Positions 7,269 to 18,250 of a stretch of 64,000 nucleotides of DNA are shown here, piece after piece. The DNA lies in contig JBEARC010000091.1 of NCBI GenBank assembly GCA_041163465.1, forward strand, positions 8,364-72,363, in the 5' to 3' direction. Both the position numbers and the translations under genes were made by a program. This DNA is from Bacteroidota bacterium. GTDB taxonomy: Bacteria; Bacteroidota; Bacteroidia; Flavobacteriales_D; Sanyastnellaceae. Below the pieces are notes generated by a model. The model saw nothing but the letters and a program-made list of their open reading frames with translations. It ran no database searches and had not been told where the DNA came from. How positions within the stretch are numbered: position 1 is the first letter of the stretch; each line of letters begins with the position of its first letter.

Positions 7269-10088
7269 ATGGCCGAAGCAACCAAACCTGTCCGTCTAAG
7301 CAAAGTCGCCCGTGAATTCAACCTCGGAATCTCCACCGTGGTCGAGTTCTTGGCAACGAAGGGCATCGAGGTCGAGGCCAATCCCAACACAAAATTGGAT
7401 CCGGCGACCTACGGTTTGGTCTTGTCCAATTTCCAGGGAGACAAAGAAATCAAGGAGAAGGCCCAGCGGAGTGCCGCGGCCATTCAGGAGCGTGAAAGCA
7501 TCACGTTGGCAAGTGCCAAGAAGCGCGCCCAGGTAAAAACAGAAGACGAAGAGCCCGAGATTGATCTCAGCCAGTTTCGCAAGAGTGAAGCGGCGCCTGT
7601 GGTCAAGCGATCGACGGCTGCCAAACCCGCTGCAGAAAAGGAGGTTCCCGCCAAAAAGGCGGAGGCTCCTCAGCCAGCGCCCCCCCAGGTCACCGAAACC
7701 CCTGAGGTTTCCAAGAAGGCCCCAGAGGAATCGCCAGCGGCTTCTGCGACCAAGACCGTCGAGTCTCAACCCGAAGCACCTGAAGTCAATGCAGGACCTA
7801 AAGTGGTTGGAAAGGTGGATTTGGAGGCGCTGAAGCCTAAGAAATCAGTCAAATCGGCAAAGGCTGAACCCAAGAAGGGAGCTGAACCTTCCAAAGCTGA
7901 GGCTGTTGCCAAGGCCGCAGCGGAGGAGTCGCCAGCCAAAGAGGTCAAGCCGGCGCCAGAACCCGAAGTGGTTCGAGCCAAGGCTGAAAAGCTGAGCGGA
8001 CCCACGGTGGTTGGTAAAATTGAATTGCCCGTCGAGCGAAAGAGGGGCGCTGCCAAGTCCAATGAGGACGGCAAGAGGAAGAGGGTAAGAGTCAAAAAGG
8101 TGGACGTGGCCAAGGCTGGCGCAGGCGCCAAGACCGGTCCAGGTTCCACGCGCGGCAAAAGGAACGAACCAAAGAAGGAGGTCAGCCAAGAAGACATCCA
8201 AAAGGAAATTCGCGCCACCCTGGCCAGGCTGTCAGGTGGCAAGAAGTCCAAATCCTCCAAGTTGCGCCGCCAAAAGCGGGATGCCATTCAACAACGTCAC
8301 GAGGAGAGCAGCTTGCAATCCCAGATGGAGGAAAGCATCATCAAGATCACCGAGTTCGTTACTGTGGCCGAACTCGCAACGATGATGGACCGCAATGTGA
8401 ACGAAGTGATTTCGGCGTGCATGACATTGGGCATCATGGTGTCGATCAACCAGCGTTTGGACTCGGATACCATCACCGTCATTGCCGAGGAATTTGGCTT
8501 TGAGGTGGAGTTTGTTGGGGCGGAAGTGGAGGAAAGCATTGTGCTTGAAGAGGACGACGAGGCGGATTTGAAGTCCCGTTCACCCATTGTGACCGTGATG
8601 GGACACGTGGACCATGGGAAAACGTCTCTTCTGGATTTCGTTCGCAAAGCCAATGTCATTGCCGGAGAGGCCGGAGGAATCACCCAGCACATTGGTGCCT
8701 ATGCAGTCGAACTTGACAGCGGCAAGAAGATCACCTTCCTCGATACGCCGGGTCACGAGGCATTCACGGCGATGCGAGCTAGGGGTGCGCAGGTCACCGA
8801 TTTGGCCATCATCGTTATCGCGGCAGATGACCGTGTCATGCCACAGACCAAAGAAGCCATCAATCACGCTCAAGCCGCGGAGATTCCCATGGTTTTTGCG
8901 CTGAACAAAATGGATCGTGAAACGGCCAACCCGGATCGGATCAAGCAAGAGTTGGCAGAAATGAACATCCTCGTGGAGGATTGGGGAGGGAAGTACCAGT
9001 GTCAAGAAATCTCTGCCAAAATGGGCACCAATGTCGACGAGCTCCTCGAGAAGGTGCTTCTCGAGGCGGAAATGCTCGATTTGAAGGCCAATCCTGACAA
9101 GCGCGCCGTGGGTACGGTGATTGAGAGCAGTTTGGACAAAGGCCGGGGGTATGTGACCAACGTGTTGGTGGAGGCTGGTACGCTCCGCATTGGAGACGCC
9201 ATGCTTGCGGGTCAGCACAGCGGACGGGTGAAGGCCATGTTCAACGAACGGGGCCAGCGCGTGGAGGAGGCAGGACCTGCCGCCCCGGTGTCAGTGCTCG
9301 GGTTTGACGGTGCGCCGAGCGCTGGCGACAAATTCAATGTCTTTGAAGACGAGAAGGATGCCCGTGCCATTGCAACCAAACGTCAGCAACTTCAGCGCGA
9401 ACAGGGAGTCCGTACCCAAAAGACAGTCACGCTCGAGGAGTTGGGTCGTCGCATCGAGGTGGGAGAATTCAAGGAGCTCAACTTGATCATCAAAGGAGAC
9501 GTGGACGGCTCGATCGAGGCATTGAGCGATTCGCTGCAGAAATTGAGCACGGAAAAGGTTCAGGTGAACATCATCCACAAGGCGGTGGGCCAGATTTCAG
9601 ATTCGGACGTGTTGTTGGCCTCAGCTTCCAGTGCAATCATCATCGGTTTCCAGGTTCGACCTTCAGGCTCTGCGCGCAAGCTTGCGGAGAACGAGGAGGT
9701 CCAAATCAAGTTGTACTCGATCATCTACCAGGCGATTGAAGAGATGCGTGACGCCATGGAGGGTCTGCTTTCGGCCAAAATCGAGGAAAACATTGTGGGA
9801 ACCGCGGAGATTCGAGAGACCTTCAAAATTTCCAAGGTGGGAACCATTGCGGGTTGCTTCCTGACGGACGGCAAAATTTTCCGCTCGAGCAAGGTTCGGG
9901 TCATTCGAGACGGGGTCGTGGTGTACACGGGAGAGCTTGGTTCTTTGAAGCGATTCAAGGACGATGTGAAGGAAGTCGCCAAAGGCTTCGAATGCGGCTT
10001 GAACATCGATCGATTCAACGACATCAAAGTCGGAGACGTGGTGGAAGCCTATGAGGAAGTCGAGGTGAAGCAGACCCTGGACGACTGA
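7269..10088 (+). CDS. infB: Translation initiation factor IF-2.
   Basis: 939 aa with a low-complexity K/E/A/P-rich N-terminal region. The G domain carries [20 protein letters not shown] and NKMD. Confidence 0.97.
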   Translation: MAEATKPVRLSKVAREFNLGISTVVEFLATKGIEVEANPNTKLDPATYGLVLSNFQGDKEIKEKAQRSAAAIQERESITLASAKKRAQVKTEDEEPEIDLSQFRKSEAAPVVKRSTAAKPAAEKEVPAKKAEAPQPAPPQVTETPEVSKKAPEESPAASATKTVESQPEAPEVNAGPKVVGKVDLEALKPKKSVKSAKAEPKKGAEPSKAEAVAKAAAEESPAKEVKPAPEPEVVRAKAEKLSGPTVVGKIELPVERKRGAAKSNEDGKRKRVRVKKVDVAKAGAGAKTGPGSTRGKRNEPKKEVSQEDIQKEIRATLARLSGGKKSKSSKLRRQKRDAIQQRHEESSLQSQMEESIIKITEFVTVAELATMMDRNVNEVISACMTLGIMVSINQRLDSDTITVIAEEFGFEVEFVGAEVEESIVLEEDDEADLKSRSPIVTVMGHVDHGKTSLLDFVRKANVIAGEAGGITQHIGAYAVELDSGKKITFLDTPGHEAFTAMRARGAQVTDLAIIVIAADDRVMPQTKEAINHAQAAEIPMVFALNKMDRETANPDRIKQELAEMNILVEDWGGKYQCQEISAKMGTNVDELLEKVLLEAEMLDLKANPDKRAVGTVIESSLDKGRGYVTNVLVEAGTLRIGDAMLAGQHSGRVKAMFNERGQRVEEAGPAAPVSVLGFDGAPSAGDKFNVFEDEKDARAIATKRQQLQREQGVRTQKTVTLEELGRRIEVGEFKELNLIIKGDVDGSIEALSDSLQKLSTEKVQVNIIHKAVGQISDSDVLLASASSAIIIGFQVRPSGSARKLAENEEVQIKLYSIIYQAIEEMRDAMEGLLSAKIEENIVGTAEIRETFKISKVGTIAGCFLTDGKIFRSSKVRVIRDGVVVYTGELGSLKRFKDDVKEVAKGFECGLNIDRFNDIKVGDVVEAYEEVEVKQTLDD

Positions 10089-10142
10089 GGACTCCTTCGT
10101 GTCGCAGCAGGGGCGGCATTGGAGCCCCCGAAATGTGTCAAT

Positions 10143-10778
10143 TCATGGGTGGAGCGACGGCAAGTCAATTTCACTTGGAACCACCAACGCTTGGGGGTAT
10201 GTTTCCATCATCTGGTGAGCGTGCAAATCCCTCATGGCTTCCCATTTGTCTCGGTAATTGCCCACCGTAACGGCGTAATTGGGGGTGACCGGTACAAGTT
10301 GGCAGGCGACGTCCGCGTGGTCACGGCGAAATGAAGCCCGAACAGAGCGAGCCTCGGCCAGGGTGCCAAAATAGATTTGAATGCGATATCCCTGCATCAT
10401 TGCTGGGGATGAACGGTCGATGGAATCCAGTGTGGCAATGTCTCGCGACATCACCCATTCAAGAGTTCCCGGGGAATCGACGGGACGCCATGGCGAGGTT
10501 CCGAGTACAGGAAATTCGGGAGAAGAACCTGACCCTTCGATCGAGTCGGAGTCCAACCCTACACTCGTTGGTGGAAGAGTTTTGGCCGAGGCATCAGTGG
10601 CTGCGGGGGTCGAAGCGTTCCCTTGGCTGCGAAACAAACCACGCCACCATTGCGCATCCACGGGTGATGTGGCCGAAGAATCCGTTTGAGCACGCAGGGA
10701 GGACGTACATCCCCCGCCAATCAAGCCCATCGTCATCAGGGTCACAAACAGGGAGTGGCTCGTCATGGGTTTCAGCAT
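10143..10778 (-). CDS. SPOR domain-containing protein (secreted or lipoprotein).
   Basis: Track ORF 10143..10979, trimmed to the ATG at 10778 (MLKPMTSHSLFVTLMTMGLIGGGCTS...). The C-terminal SPOR-like motif is GYRIQIYFGTLAEARSVRASF...AVTVGNYRDKWEA. Confidence 0.7.
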   Translation of the reverse strand: MLKPMTSHSLFVTLMTMGLIGGGCTSSLRAQTDSSATSPVDAQWWRGLFRSQGNASTPAATDASAKTLPPTSVGLDSDSIEGSGSSPEFPVLGTSPWRPVDSPGTLEWVMSRDIATLDSIDRSSPAMMQGYRIQIYFGTLAEARSVRASFRRDHADVACQLVPVTPNYAVTVGNYRDKWEAMRDLHAHQMMETYPQALVVPSEIDLPSLHP

Positions 10779-10790
10779 GGGGTTCGCAAG

Positions 10791-10798
10791 CAAAGGTA
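10791..10798 (-). promoter_or_regulatory. Candidate -7 box TACCTTTG, 12 nt upstream of the SPOR gene ATG.
   Basis: The plus strand reads CAAAGGTA at 10791-10798, which is the reverse complement of TACCTTTG (a TAnnTTTG match). Confidence 0.35.
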
Positions 10799-11003
10799 TC
10801 CCGCAGAGCGGGATGTGTGCATTGCGGACGAAGCGGTTTTCGCCTAATTTTTCAATGCGCTGTTGATGAATGGTTTGTGTGAGGACGTGGCGGTTTGGAA
10901 TGATTCTAAATGCCCGTTGTTCATGACATTCATGTGACATGTTAGCGTGAGCCCTAGCGTTTGGCTTATTTTCGCGCACAAATTGAGAGGGTACTCAATC
11001 GAC

Positions 11004-12431
11004 ATGCGAAACAAGAAAACACAGTGCACTGACCTCCTTCGCGGGGCTTTGCGCATCCTCACTTTCGCCACTTTCATGGGAGCTCAGACCTTGTCAGGGC
11101 AGTCCATTTGGGAGGGAGGCGACGTGGAAAATGGCCAGTCGTTGTTCAACGTCAACTGCGCGTCTTGTCACAAGGTCACCAACGAAGTTTTGGCAGCGCC
11201 AGGATTGGCTGGGGTCAGGGATCGTTGGTCGTCGAGCGACGAGATCTTGATCCAGTGGATTCAGAATCCCCAAGGAGCAGCGGCTACAGGAGATGCGTAC
11301 GTCAAATCCTTGGTCGATCGGTACGTTGGAACGTATGGCTGGATGAGTGCGCAGGCGGTTTCGGCGGACGACGTTCGCGACATCATGGCGTATGTCCAAA
11401 ACCCACCAGACGTGGCTTCAGACGTGGCGGCTGCAGGCAATGGATGTATCAACATCGACGAAACGCCTGTCTCCGAGTCGAAGGACAGCAGCACATTGTG
11501 GTTCATCACACTTTTGGTGTTGTTTTTGGTGATTGCCTTGAGCGCTTCCGGTGTCAACCGTTCGCTCACCAATGCGCTGCGTGAAGGTCAAGGCCAGGAG
11601 CCACTTGAGGATCTTGGGTACCTGACCCGTCTCAAGGGATGGGCCTGGAACAACATGGTGTTTGTGTCTGTCTTGGGATTGTTCATCGTGGCCTACGCCG
11701 TGGTTCAAGGCTACGGTGCACTGATGGGTGTGGGCGTGTATGAAGGCTACCTGCCGGAGCAGCCTGTGAAATTTATTCACTCAGTGCACGTCTGCGAGAA
11801 CGAGGTGGATTGCAAGTACTGTCACCACAGCGCCTACGAATCGAAACACGCCGGCATTCCGAGCACCAACGTGTGCATGAATTGCCACAAGGCTGTGAAA
11901 AAGGGCAAGCGTTATGGCGAGGTGGAGATTGGCAAAATCTACGCGGCGATTGGGTTTGACCCCGAGACAGGGACGTACCTCGATGGTGAAGGAAACAACG
12001 GTTATTCGTCACCTCAAACAAGCTTTGGAGGAGAACCCATCAAGTGGAACAAAGTCCACAACCTGCCCGACCACGTATACTTCAGCCACCAGCAGCACGT
12101 GGTGGTCGGGGGCCTCCAATGCCAGAACTGCCACGGCGATGTGGAGACGTGGAGTGCGGGGCGTATCGCGTCAGTGGATCACATCAACACGCTTGTTGAC
12201 AAGTACCCTGGGCTTATCCAACTGAGCAAGCCCACCCTGACCATGGGTTGGTGTATTGAGTGCCACAACAAGGCATCCATCGACCTCGCGAGCAGCGCGT
12301 ACTACGAGGAGATGCACAACCGCATGAAAGACGACGTGCGAGGCAACGAGGAGTTGCGCCGCATTTTGGAAGACGACAAAATCACGGTCAAGGAACTCGG
12401 GGGCTGGGAATGCTCCAAGTGCCACTACTGA
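11004..12431 (+). CDS. actA: Alternative complex III subunit ActA: multihaem cytochrome c with an extra N-terminal monohaem domain.
   Basis: The ATG at 11004 gives MRNKKTQ... followed by a signal sequence. There are six CxxCH motifs (CASCH, CKYCH, CMNCH, CQNCH, CIECH, CSKCH) and one TM helix (LWFITLLVLFLVIALSASGV). The gene heads the act cluster. Confidence 0.85.
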   Translation: MRNKKTQCTDLLRGALRILTFATFMGAQTLSGQSIWEGGDVENGQSLFNVNCASCHKVTNEVLAAPGLAGVRDRWSSSDEILIQWIQNPQGAAATGDAYVKSLVDRYVGTYGWMSAQAVSADDVRDIMAYVQNPPDVASDVAAAGNGCINIDETPVSESKDSSTLWFITLLVLFLVIALSASGVNRSLTNALREGQGQEPLEDLGYLTRLKGWAWNNMVFVSVLGLFIVAYAVVQGYGALMGVGVYEGYLPEQPVKFIHSVHVCENEVDCKYCHHSAYESKHAGIPSTNVCMNCHKAVKKGKRYGEVEIGKIYAAIGFDPETGTYLDGEGNNGYSSPQTSFGGEPIKWNKVHNLPDHVYFSHQQHVVVGGLQCQNCHGDVETWSAGRIASVDHINTLVDKYPGLIQLSKPTLTMGWCIECHNKASIDLASSAYYEEMHNRMKDDVRGNEELRRILEDDKITVKELGGWECSKCHY

Positions 12432-12467
12432 TCCCCAAGACCTAGAACCCGACTGATTCGATTCACT

Positions 12468-15400
12468 ATGGCGAACACGAAACGCTACTGGACAGGACTC
12501 GATGACCTCCATCAAACGGAGGCGTTCCAAACGCTGCAAGGTCAGGAGTTCCCCCAACATGAGGCCGTTGACGAGATGCTCGGCAACGAGAACCTCACCT
12601 CGGCCACGACGGGGCGTCGTGACTTTTTGAAATTCATGGGATTTTCGCTCGCTGCGGCCACATTGGCGGCGTGTGAAACCCCTGTGGTGAAGTCCATCCC
12701 TTACGTGAACAAGCCCGAGGGCTTGACGCCTGGGGTGGCCAACCACTATGCCTCGACCTACTACAATGGCCACGACTACGTGAACGTGTTGGTCAAGACC
12801 CGCGAGGGCCGACCCATTTTCATCAAGAGCAACACGGCCACAGGGGTGGGACGCGCCAACGTGCGCGTCAACGCTTCGGTCATGGGCCTTTACGACAGCG
12901 CACGCCTTCAGGGGCCTCACCTTGGTGGAGCTGGCTCAACGTGGGCGGACTTGGACAAGGAAGTGGCGAAGGGATTTGCGGGTGGAGGACGCAAGGTGGT
13001 GTTGACCAACACCGTCTTGAGCCCCTCATTGAAGCGCAGCATCGATACATTCTGTGCGACACATGGCGCTGAACATCTTCAGGTCGATGCGGTCAGCCAC
13101 AGTGCGCTGCGCATGGCGGCCAAGCAGCACACAGGCGTGGACGGCTTCCCAGGGTTTGACTTCGCCGCGGCCAAGGCTGTGGTGACTGTTGGTGCGGACT
13201 TCTTGGGTACGTGGGGTGATGCTGTCTACTACGCGCCTGAGTGGGCGAAGAGCCGCCGTCCAGAGAATGGCGAGATGTCCAAGCTTCATGCGTTTGAAAC
13301 GACGATGAGCTTGACGGGTTCCAACGCGGACTCCCGCACCATGGTGAAGCCTTCCGAGAGTGGAAGGGTGTTGGCGGCGCTGCACGGGATTGTCACAGGC
13401 ACAGGCAACGTGTCTGGGTTGAGCGAGGGCATTGCAAATGCGGTTCGCGCGGCAGCAGCAGATTTGAAGAATGCGGGGTCTGCCGGATTGGTGGTTGCCG
13501 GTTCCAATGATCTTGATGCGCAATTGGTGGCTGCTGCCATCAACACGGCGCTTGGCGCAGATGGTACGACGGTGAAATACAACGGCGAAGGCCTGTTTGC
13601 GGGCGATGATGCCGCATTTGCCCAACTCGTTTCCGACATGAATGCCGGACGGGTCTCGGCGTTGATTGTGCATGGCACCAACCCTGCTTACCATGCTGCG
13701 GACAAGGAGTCTTTCCGTGCGGGCCTTGGCAAGGTCAAGTTCAGTCTGAGCACAGCTGGCTTGGCCGACGAAACCGCGTCGCGTTGCATCGCGATGGCAC
13801 CAGACCATCACTGGTTGGAAAATTGGATGGACCTCCGCATTGGAGGAACGCGCATTGATTTGTCCCAGCCAACCATCCAACCTTTGTTCGACACGCGAGC
13901 TGCAGGTGAGAGCTTCATGGCTTGGTCTGGACAGCCCATGGCGTGGTACGATGTGATTCGCACAACACACAGTGCGGGCTACACCACCGATGCGATGTAC
14001 AACGACAGCGCGTGGAACGGTTCATTGCATGACGGTTTCTACATGACTGGCGAGGAGATGCCTGTGTCAGCACCGGCGTTGGGCAACGACGTGAGCGCCT
14101 CGGTGCGACGTTTGAGCGCCGCGAAGGGAGGCGCCTTTGAATTGGCACTTTACCAAAAGCAGGCCATCGGTTCGGGTGACCAGGCAGGCAACCCCATGTT
14201 GCAGGAAACCCCTGACCCTATCTCGAAGGTGACGTGGGACAACTATGTGACCATGGCCCGCGTGGACATGGAGGCCATGGGTCTCAATACGTACATCGCT
14301 CAGCGCGACAAAGCTTCGGTGGTGAAAGTGACGGTGAACGGCCAGTCAGTCGAGCTTCCCGCCTTCATGCAACCTGGCCAAACCCCAGGCACCGTTGGCA
14401 TCGCTCTGGGATACGGGCGCGGTGACGGTGGCGAGAACATTGGTCGGGCCGCATTTGCCACGGGTGAACATGGCGACCATCTCCTGACTGCCGACGGCAA
14501 GCCCATGCCCATCGGTGCGAATGTCTTCGGATTTGCAACGTTGAACGGCGGAGTGCCTCGGTACGACGCCTACGACGTTTCGGTCGAGGCCACTGGTTTG
14601 GAATACGCACTTGCTGCCACCCAAATTCACAACACGGTCATGGACCGCGACAGCGTGGTGAAGGAGACGACGTTTGGCAGTTACCTCGCAGAGGCCAGCA
14701 AGCCCAAGGGACAGGCCTCATGGAACAAGAATCACACGTTGAACGTTCACGCGGATGTCAACGGAGATGGCGTGATCAACGCCAGCGACGGAAAGAAGAC
14801 CTCGGCATTCGACTTGTGGCACAGCCACCCCGTGGAGGGTGTCGGGCACCGCTGGGGCATGACCATCGACCTCACGACCTGCACGGGTTGTAGCGCGTGT
14901 GTGACGGCGTGCCACATCGAAAACAACGTGCCTGTGGTTGGCAAGGACGAGGTTCGTCGCCACCGCGACATGCACTGGATGCGCATTGACCGCTACTACG
15001 CTTCAGACTGGTCGCAAGAACGCGGCGCGGAAGAAGGCGTGGGCGTGATTGCGTCCTACACCAAAATGGAGGACCCCTCGGCGAACCCACAGACGGTTCA
15101 CATGCCGATGATGTGCCAGCACTGCAACCATGCGCCATGCGAGACGGTTTGTCCTGTCGCGGCAACGACCCACAGCAACGAGGGCCTCAACCAAATGACG
15201 TACAACCGTTGCATCGGTACGCGCTACTGCGCGAACAACTGCCCCTACAAGGTGCGCCGATTCAACTGGTTCAACTACCAAGGTTACGCCAAGTTCCAGC
15301 ACATCAATCCGTCGCAAGACAGTCTGACGCGTCTCGTGTTGAACCCCGACGTCACAGTGCGTGCACGGGGGGTCATCGAGAAGTGCAGCATGTGTGTGCA

Positions 15401-15650
15401 ACGCATCCAAGATGGCAAGTTGGAGGCCAAAAAGAATGGCACACCTGTGGTGGACGGAGCCATCAAGACGGCTTGCGCCGAAGCGTGCCCTACAAACGCC
15501 ATCACGTTTGGTGACCTCAACGACAACGCGTCGGAGGTCAAGACCAACTCCAAGAACAACCGTTCCTACCACGCCCTGGAAGAGGTGGGCATCCAGCCCA
15601 ACATCTACTACATGACGAAGGTCCGGAACACTGAAATCAACGAAGCCTGA
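12468..15650 (+). CDS. actB: Alternative complex III subunit ActB (Tat-exported molybdopterin-oxidoreductase-like domain fused to a 4Fe-4S domain).
   Basis: 1060 aa. The Tat motif is GRRDFLKFMG. C-terminal Fe-S clusters are CTGCSACVTAC, CQHCNHAPCETVCP, CIGTRYCANNCPYKVRRFNW and CSMC...CAEACP. Confidence 0.9.
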   Translation: MANTKRYWTGLDDLHQTEAFQTLQGQEFPQHEAVDEMLGNENLTSATTGRRDFLKFMGFSLAAATLAACETPVVKSIPYVNKPEGLTPGVANHYASTYYNGHDYVNVLVKTREGRPIFIKSNTATGVGRANVRVNASVMGLYDSARLQGPHLGGAGSTWADLDKEVAKGFAGGGRKVVLTNTVLSPSLKRSIDTFCATHGAEHLQVDAVSHSALRMAAKQHTGVDGFPGFDFAAAKAVVTVGADFLGTWGDAVYYAPEWAKSRRPENGEMSKLHAFETTMSLTGSNADSRTMVKPSESGRVLAALHGIVTGTGNVSGLSEGIANAVRAAAADLKNAGSAGLVVAGSNDLDAQLVAAAINTALGADGTTVKYNGEGLFAGDDAAFAQLVSDMNAGRVSALIVHGTNPAYHAADKESFRAGLGKVKFSLSTAGLADETASRCIAMAPDHHWLENWMDLRIGGTRIDLSQPTIQPLFDTRAAGESFMAWSGQPMAWYDVIRTTHSAGYTTDAMYNDSAWNGSLHDGFYMTGEEMPVSAPALGNDVSASVRRLSAAKGGAFELALYQKQAIGSGDQAGNPMLQETPDPISKVTWDNYVTMARVDMEAMGLNTYIAQRDKASVVKVTVNGQSVELPAFMQPGQTPGTVGIALGYGRGDGGENIGRAAFATGEHGDHLLTADGKPMPIGANVFGFATLNGGVPRYDAYDVSVEATGLEYALAATQIHNTVMDRDSVVKETTFGSYLAEASKPKGQASWNKNHTLNVHADVNGDGVINASDGKKTSAFDLWHSHPVEGVGHRWGMTIDLTTCTGCSACVTACHIENNVPVVGKDEVRRHRDMHWMRIDRYYASDWSQERGAEEGVGVIASYTKMEDPSANPQTVHMPMMCQHCNHAPCETVCPVAATTHSNEGLNQMTYNRCIGTRYCANNCPYKVRRFNWFNYQGYAKFQHINPSQDSLTRLVLNPDVTVRARGVIEKCSMCVQRIQDGKLEAKKNGTPVVDGAIKTACAEACPTNAITFGDLNDNASEVKTNSKNNRSYHALEEVGIQPNIYYMTKVRNTEINEA

Positions 15651-15660
15651 TCCCCTCGTC

Positions 15661-17037
15661 ATGCAGAGAGAAGCAGCCATTCGCGAGCCCCTGATTCTGG
15701 GGCACAAGACCTACAAGGACATCACTGATGACGTTGTGGGGCCTATCATGGGACCCGCCCCTCTCGGGTGGAAAATCATGATTACCATCTCCAGCATCAT
15801 TGCGCTCTACGGCGTGGGATGCATCCTGTACCTGCTCGGCACAGGAATTGGAGTGTGGGGATTGAACAAGACGGTCGACTGGGCCTGGGACATCACCAAC
15901 TTCGTGTGGTGGGTCGGGATTGGTCACGCCGGAACGTTGATTTCTGCGGTGCTCCTGCTCTTCCGCCAAAAGTGGCGGATGGCCATCAACCGCTCGGCTG
16001 AGGCCATGACCATCTTTGCCGTGATCATGGCGGCGGTATTTCCAGGCATCCACATGGGCCGGATTTGGGTGAGCTACTGGGTGTTGCCCCTGCCCAACCA
16101 GTTTGGATCGCTGTGGGTGAACTTCAACAGCCCGCTTTTGTGGGACGTATTCGCCATCTCGACGTACTTCTCGGTGTCGCTTGTGTTTTGGTACATCGGA
16201 TTGATTCCTGATTTCGCGACGATTCGCGATCGAATGACCAAACCGCTTGCCAAGAAAATCTATGGCATTCTGAGTTTTGGTTGGAGTGGCCGGGCCAAGC
16301 ATTGGACGCGTTTTGAAGAGGTCAGCTTGGTGCTTGCGGGAATCGCCACACCGCTGGTGTTCTCGGTGCACTCGATTGTCTCGATGGACTTTGCGACATC
16401 GGTCATTCCGGGATGGCACACAACGATCTTCCCGCCGTACTTCGTGTCTGGTGCTGTTTTCTCGGGTTTTGCGATGGTGCAGACGTTGCTCCTGATCATG
16501 CGCAAGGGCATGAAGCTCGAGAATTACATCCATGTCAAACACGTCGAGTACATGAACATCGTCATCATCGTGACGGGATCCATTGTGGGTGTCGCGTACT
16601 TGACGGAGCTGTTCATTTCGTGGTACAGCGGCGTAGAATACGAGAGCTACGCGTTCATCAACCGTTTTAGCGGTCCTTACAGTTGGGCCTACTGGATGAT
16701 GATGACGTGCAACGTGATCAGCCCCCAGTTGTTCTGGTTCAAAAAAATTCGCCGCAGCTTGGTGGCCACGTTTGCGTTGTCGATTGTGGTGAACATCGGC
16801 ATGTGGTTTGAGCGTTACGTGATCATCGTCACATCGCTTCACCGGGACTACCTGCCCTCGAGCTGGGGGGAGTTCCACGCCACAAGCATTGACATCGGCA
16901 TTTTCATCGGCACCATCGGCATTTTCTTGACGTTGTTCCTCGCGTTTGCTCGGTTCTTCCCCGTGTTGGCGTTGAACGAGCTCAAGACGATTTTGAAGTC
17001 GAGCGGTGAGTCTTACAAAAAAGAGCAGGCCCAATGA
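15661..17037 (+). CDS. actC: Alternative complex III subunit ActC (NrfD/PsrC-like quinol-interacting membrane subunit).
   Basis: 458 aa, polytopic and W/F-rich, in the position expected between actB and actD. Confidence 0.85.
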   Translation: MQREAAIREPLILGHKTYKDITDDVVGPIMGPAPLGWKIMITISSIIALYGVGCILYLLGTGIGVWGLNKTVDWAWDITNFVWWVGIGHAGTLISAVLLLFRQKWRMAINRSAEAMTIFAVIMAAVFPGIHMGRIWVSYWVLPLPNQFGSLWVNFNSPLLWDVFAISTYFSVSLVFWYIGLIPDFATIRDRMTKPLAKKIYGILSFGWSGRAKHWTRFEEVSLVLAGIATPLVFSVHSIVSMDFATSVIPGWHTTIFPPYFVSGAVFSGFAMVQTLLLIMRKGMKLENYIHVKHVEYMNIVIIVTGSIVGVAYLTELFISWYSGVEYESYAFINRFSGPYSWAYWMMMTCNVISPQLFWFKKIRRSLVATFALSIVVNIGMWFERYVIIVTSLHRDYLPSSWGEFHATSIDIGIFIGTIGIFLTLFLAFARFFPVLALNELKTILKSSGESYKKEQAQ

Positions 17038-17561
17038 GCAAGATCTTTCACGTCATGTATGACGACGACGCCAAGGTGATGGCTGCGGCCAAGACGTTGG
17101 TGGGTCAAGGCATCCGCGTCAAGGATGTTTTTTCGCCATTCCCCATTCACGGCATTGACCCCATCATTGGGGTGAAGCGCACGCGTTTGGCCATTGCCTC
17201 GTTCATGTACGCCATGACCGGCACGTCTCTTGCGTTGCTCGGCATGTGGTACTTCATGATCAACGATTGGCCCATGAACATCGGAGGAAAGCCGAGCTTC
17301 TCTCTGGTTGAAAACATCACGGCCTTCATTCCAGTGACCTTCGAATTCTCGGTGTTGTGCGGCGCTCACGGCATGGCCATCACCTACCTCTTGCGGAATG
17401 GTACGTTGCCGGGCATGCCTGCCACCAACCCCGATCCGCGCACCACGGACGACAAATTCGTGGTCGAAATCACAACCGACAACAACAGCATGTCTGCGGA
17501 CGAACTCGAATCAGCGATTCGCACGACGGACTTGCTCGAACTCAGCATCAAAGACGCCTAA
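17034..17561 (+). CDS. actD: Alternative complex III subunit ActD (DUF3341).
   Basis: 175 aa. Its start shares 4 nt with the actC stop. Two TM helices and position in the cluster support the call. Confidence 0.8.
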   Translation: MSKIFHVMYDDDAKVMAAAKTLVGQGIRVKDVFSPFPIHGIDPIIGVKRTRLAIASFMYAMTGTSLALLGMWYFMINDWPMNIGGKPSFSLVENITAFIPVTFEFSVLCGAHGMAITYLLRNGTLPGMPATNPDPRTTDDKFVVEITTDNNSMSADELESAIRTTDLLELSIKDA

Positions 17562-17564
17562 ACC

Positions 17565-18248
17565 ATGTCAAAGCGTTGGAACTTTGTCGCCCCTGTGGCT
17601 GCTTTCGTGGCGGTCATGACGGGGTGTGTCACGGACCCAAACAGTCCGGGATTAGAATACATGCCCGACATGTACCGTTCGCCCGCGGTGGAGGCGTACG
17701 TGGACTATGGCATGGACCCATATTACGTGACCGAGGGCGTTGCCTCGGCTCAGCGCAGCACCCCGAGTGCGCGCATGCCTGTGGCAGGTACGATTGCCTT
17801 CGTGGGTGAGAACAAGGCGTTTGGCCTTCCCTACGCCTATCCCAACACGCCTGAAGGGTATGAAGCTGCTGGTGCGGAACTCGTCAGCCCATTGATGACG
17901 ACCAAGGCGCACATTGAGGCTGGCATGGAGATTTACGAGAAGATGTGCAGCCAATGCCACGGAGCAGAGGGCAAGGGTGATGGTGCGTTGTCCAAAAACG
18001 GTCACATTGCGGGCATTCCGTCGTACGCTGACAAATTGAAGGACCTCCCTGTGGGCAAGATGTACCACACGTTGACCTACGGCAAGGGTCTCATGGGCTC
18101 GCACGCGTCGCAGTTGTCCCAGAGGGACCGCTGGTTGGTCATCGAATACATCAAAGTACTCCAAAACGGAGGAGAAATGCCTGAGTTTGACGAGGCAGGC
18201 AACATGGTTGAACCGGCGGCTGAGGGCGCCATGGCAATGAACAACTGA
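17565..18248 (+). CDS. actE: Alternative complex III subunit ActE (monohaem cytochrome c, probable lipoprotein).
   Basis: 227 aa with a single CSQCH haem motif and an N-terminal ...AVMTGC lipobox-like signal. Confidence 0.8.
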   Translation: MSKRWNFVAPVAAFVAVMTGCVTDPNSPGLEYMPDMYRSPAVEAYVDYGMDPYYVTEGVASAQRSTPSARMPVAGTIAFVGENKAFGLPYAYPNTPEGYEAAGAELVSPLMTTKAHIEAGMEIYEKMCSQCHGAEGKGDGALSKNGHIAGIPSYADKLKDLPVGKMYHTLTYGKGLMGSHASQLSQRDRWLVIEYIKVLQNGGEMPEFDEAGNMVEPAAEGAMAMNN

Positions 18249-18250
18249 TC

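Noticed and set aside
10089-10142. Possible bidirectional terminator between infB and the SPOR gene (GGGGC...GCCCC).
   Set aside because: The stem is only 5 bp with a 9-nt loop and no flanking T/A runs. That is too weak to call.
10844-11077. 77-aa minus-strand ORF in the SPOR/actA divergent region.
   Set aside because: It overlaps the actA start and signal-peptide region, has no motif, and lies where two divergent promoters are expected.
12171-12920. 249-aa minus-strand ORF across the actA/actB junction.
   Set aside because: It overlaps two confidently called plus-strand genes and the spacer between them. No motifs are present and the composition is antisense-like.
15637-17034. 465-aa minus-strand ORF opposite actC.
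   Set aside because: It mirrors a well-supported membrane-protein gene exactly. Its composition (R/H/D/E-rich, no TM segments or motifs) is typical of an antisense artefact.
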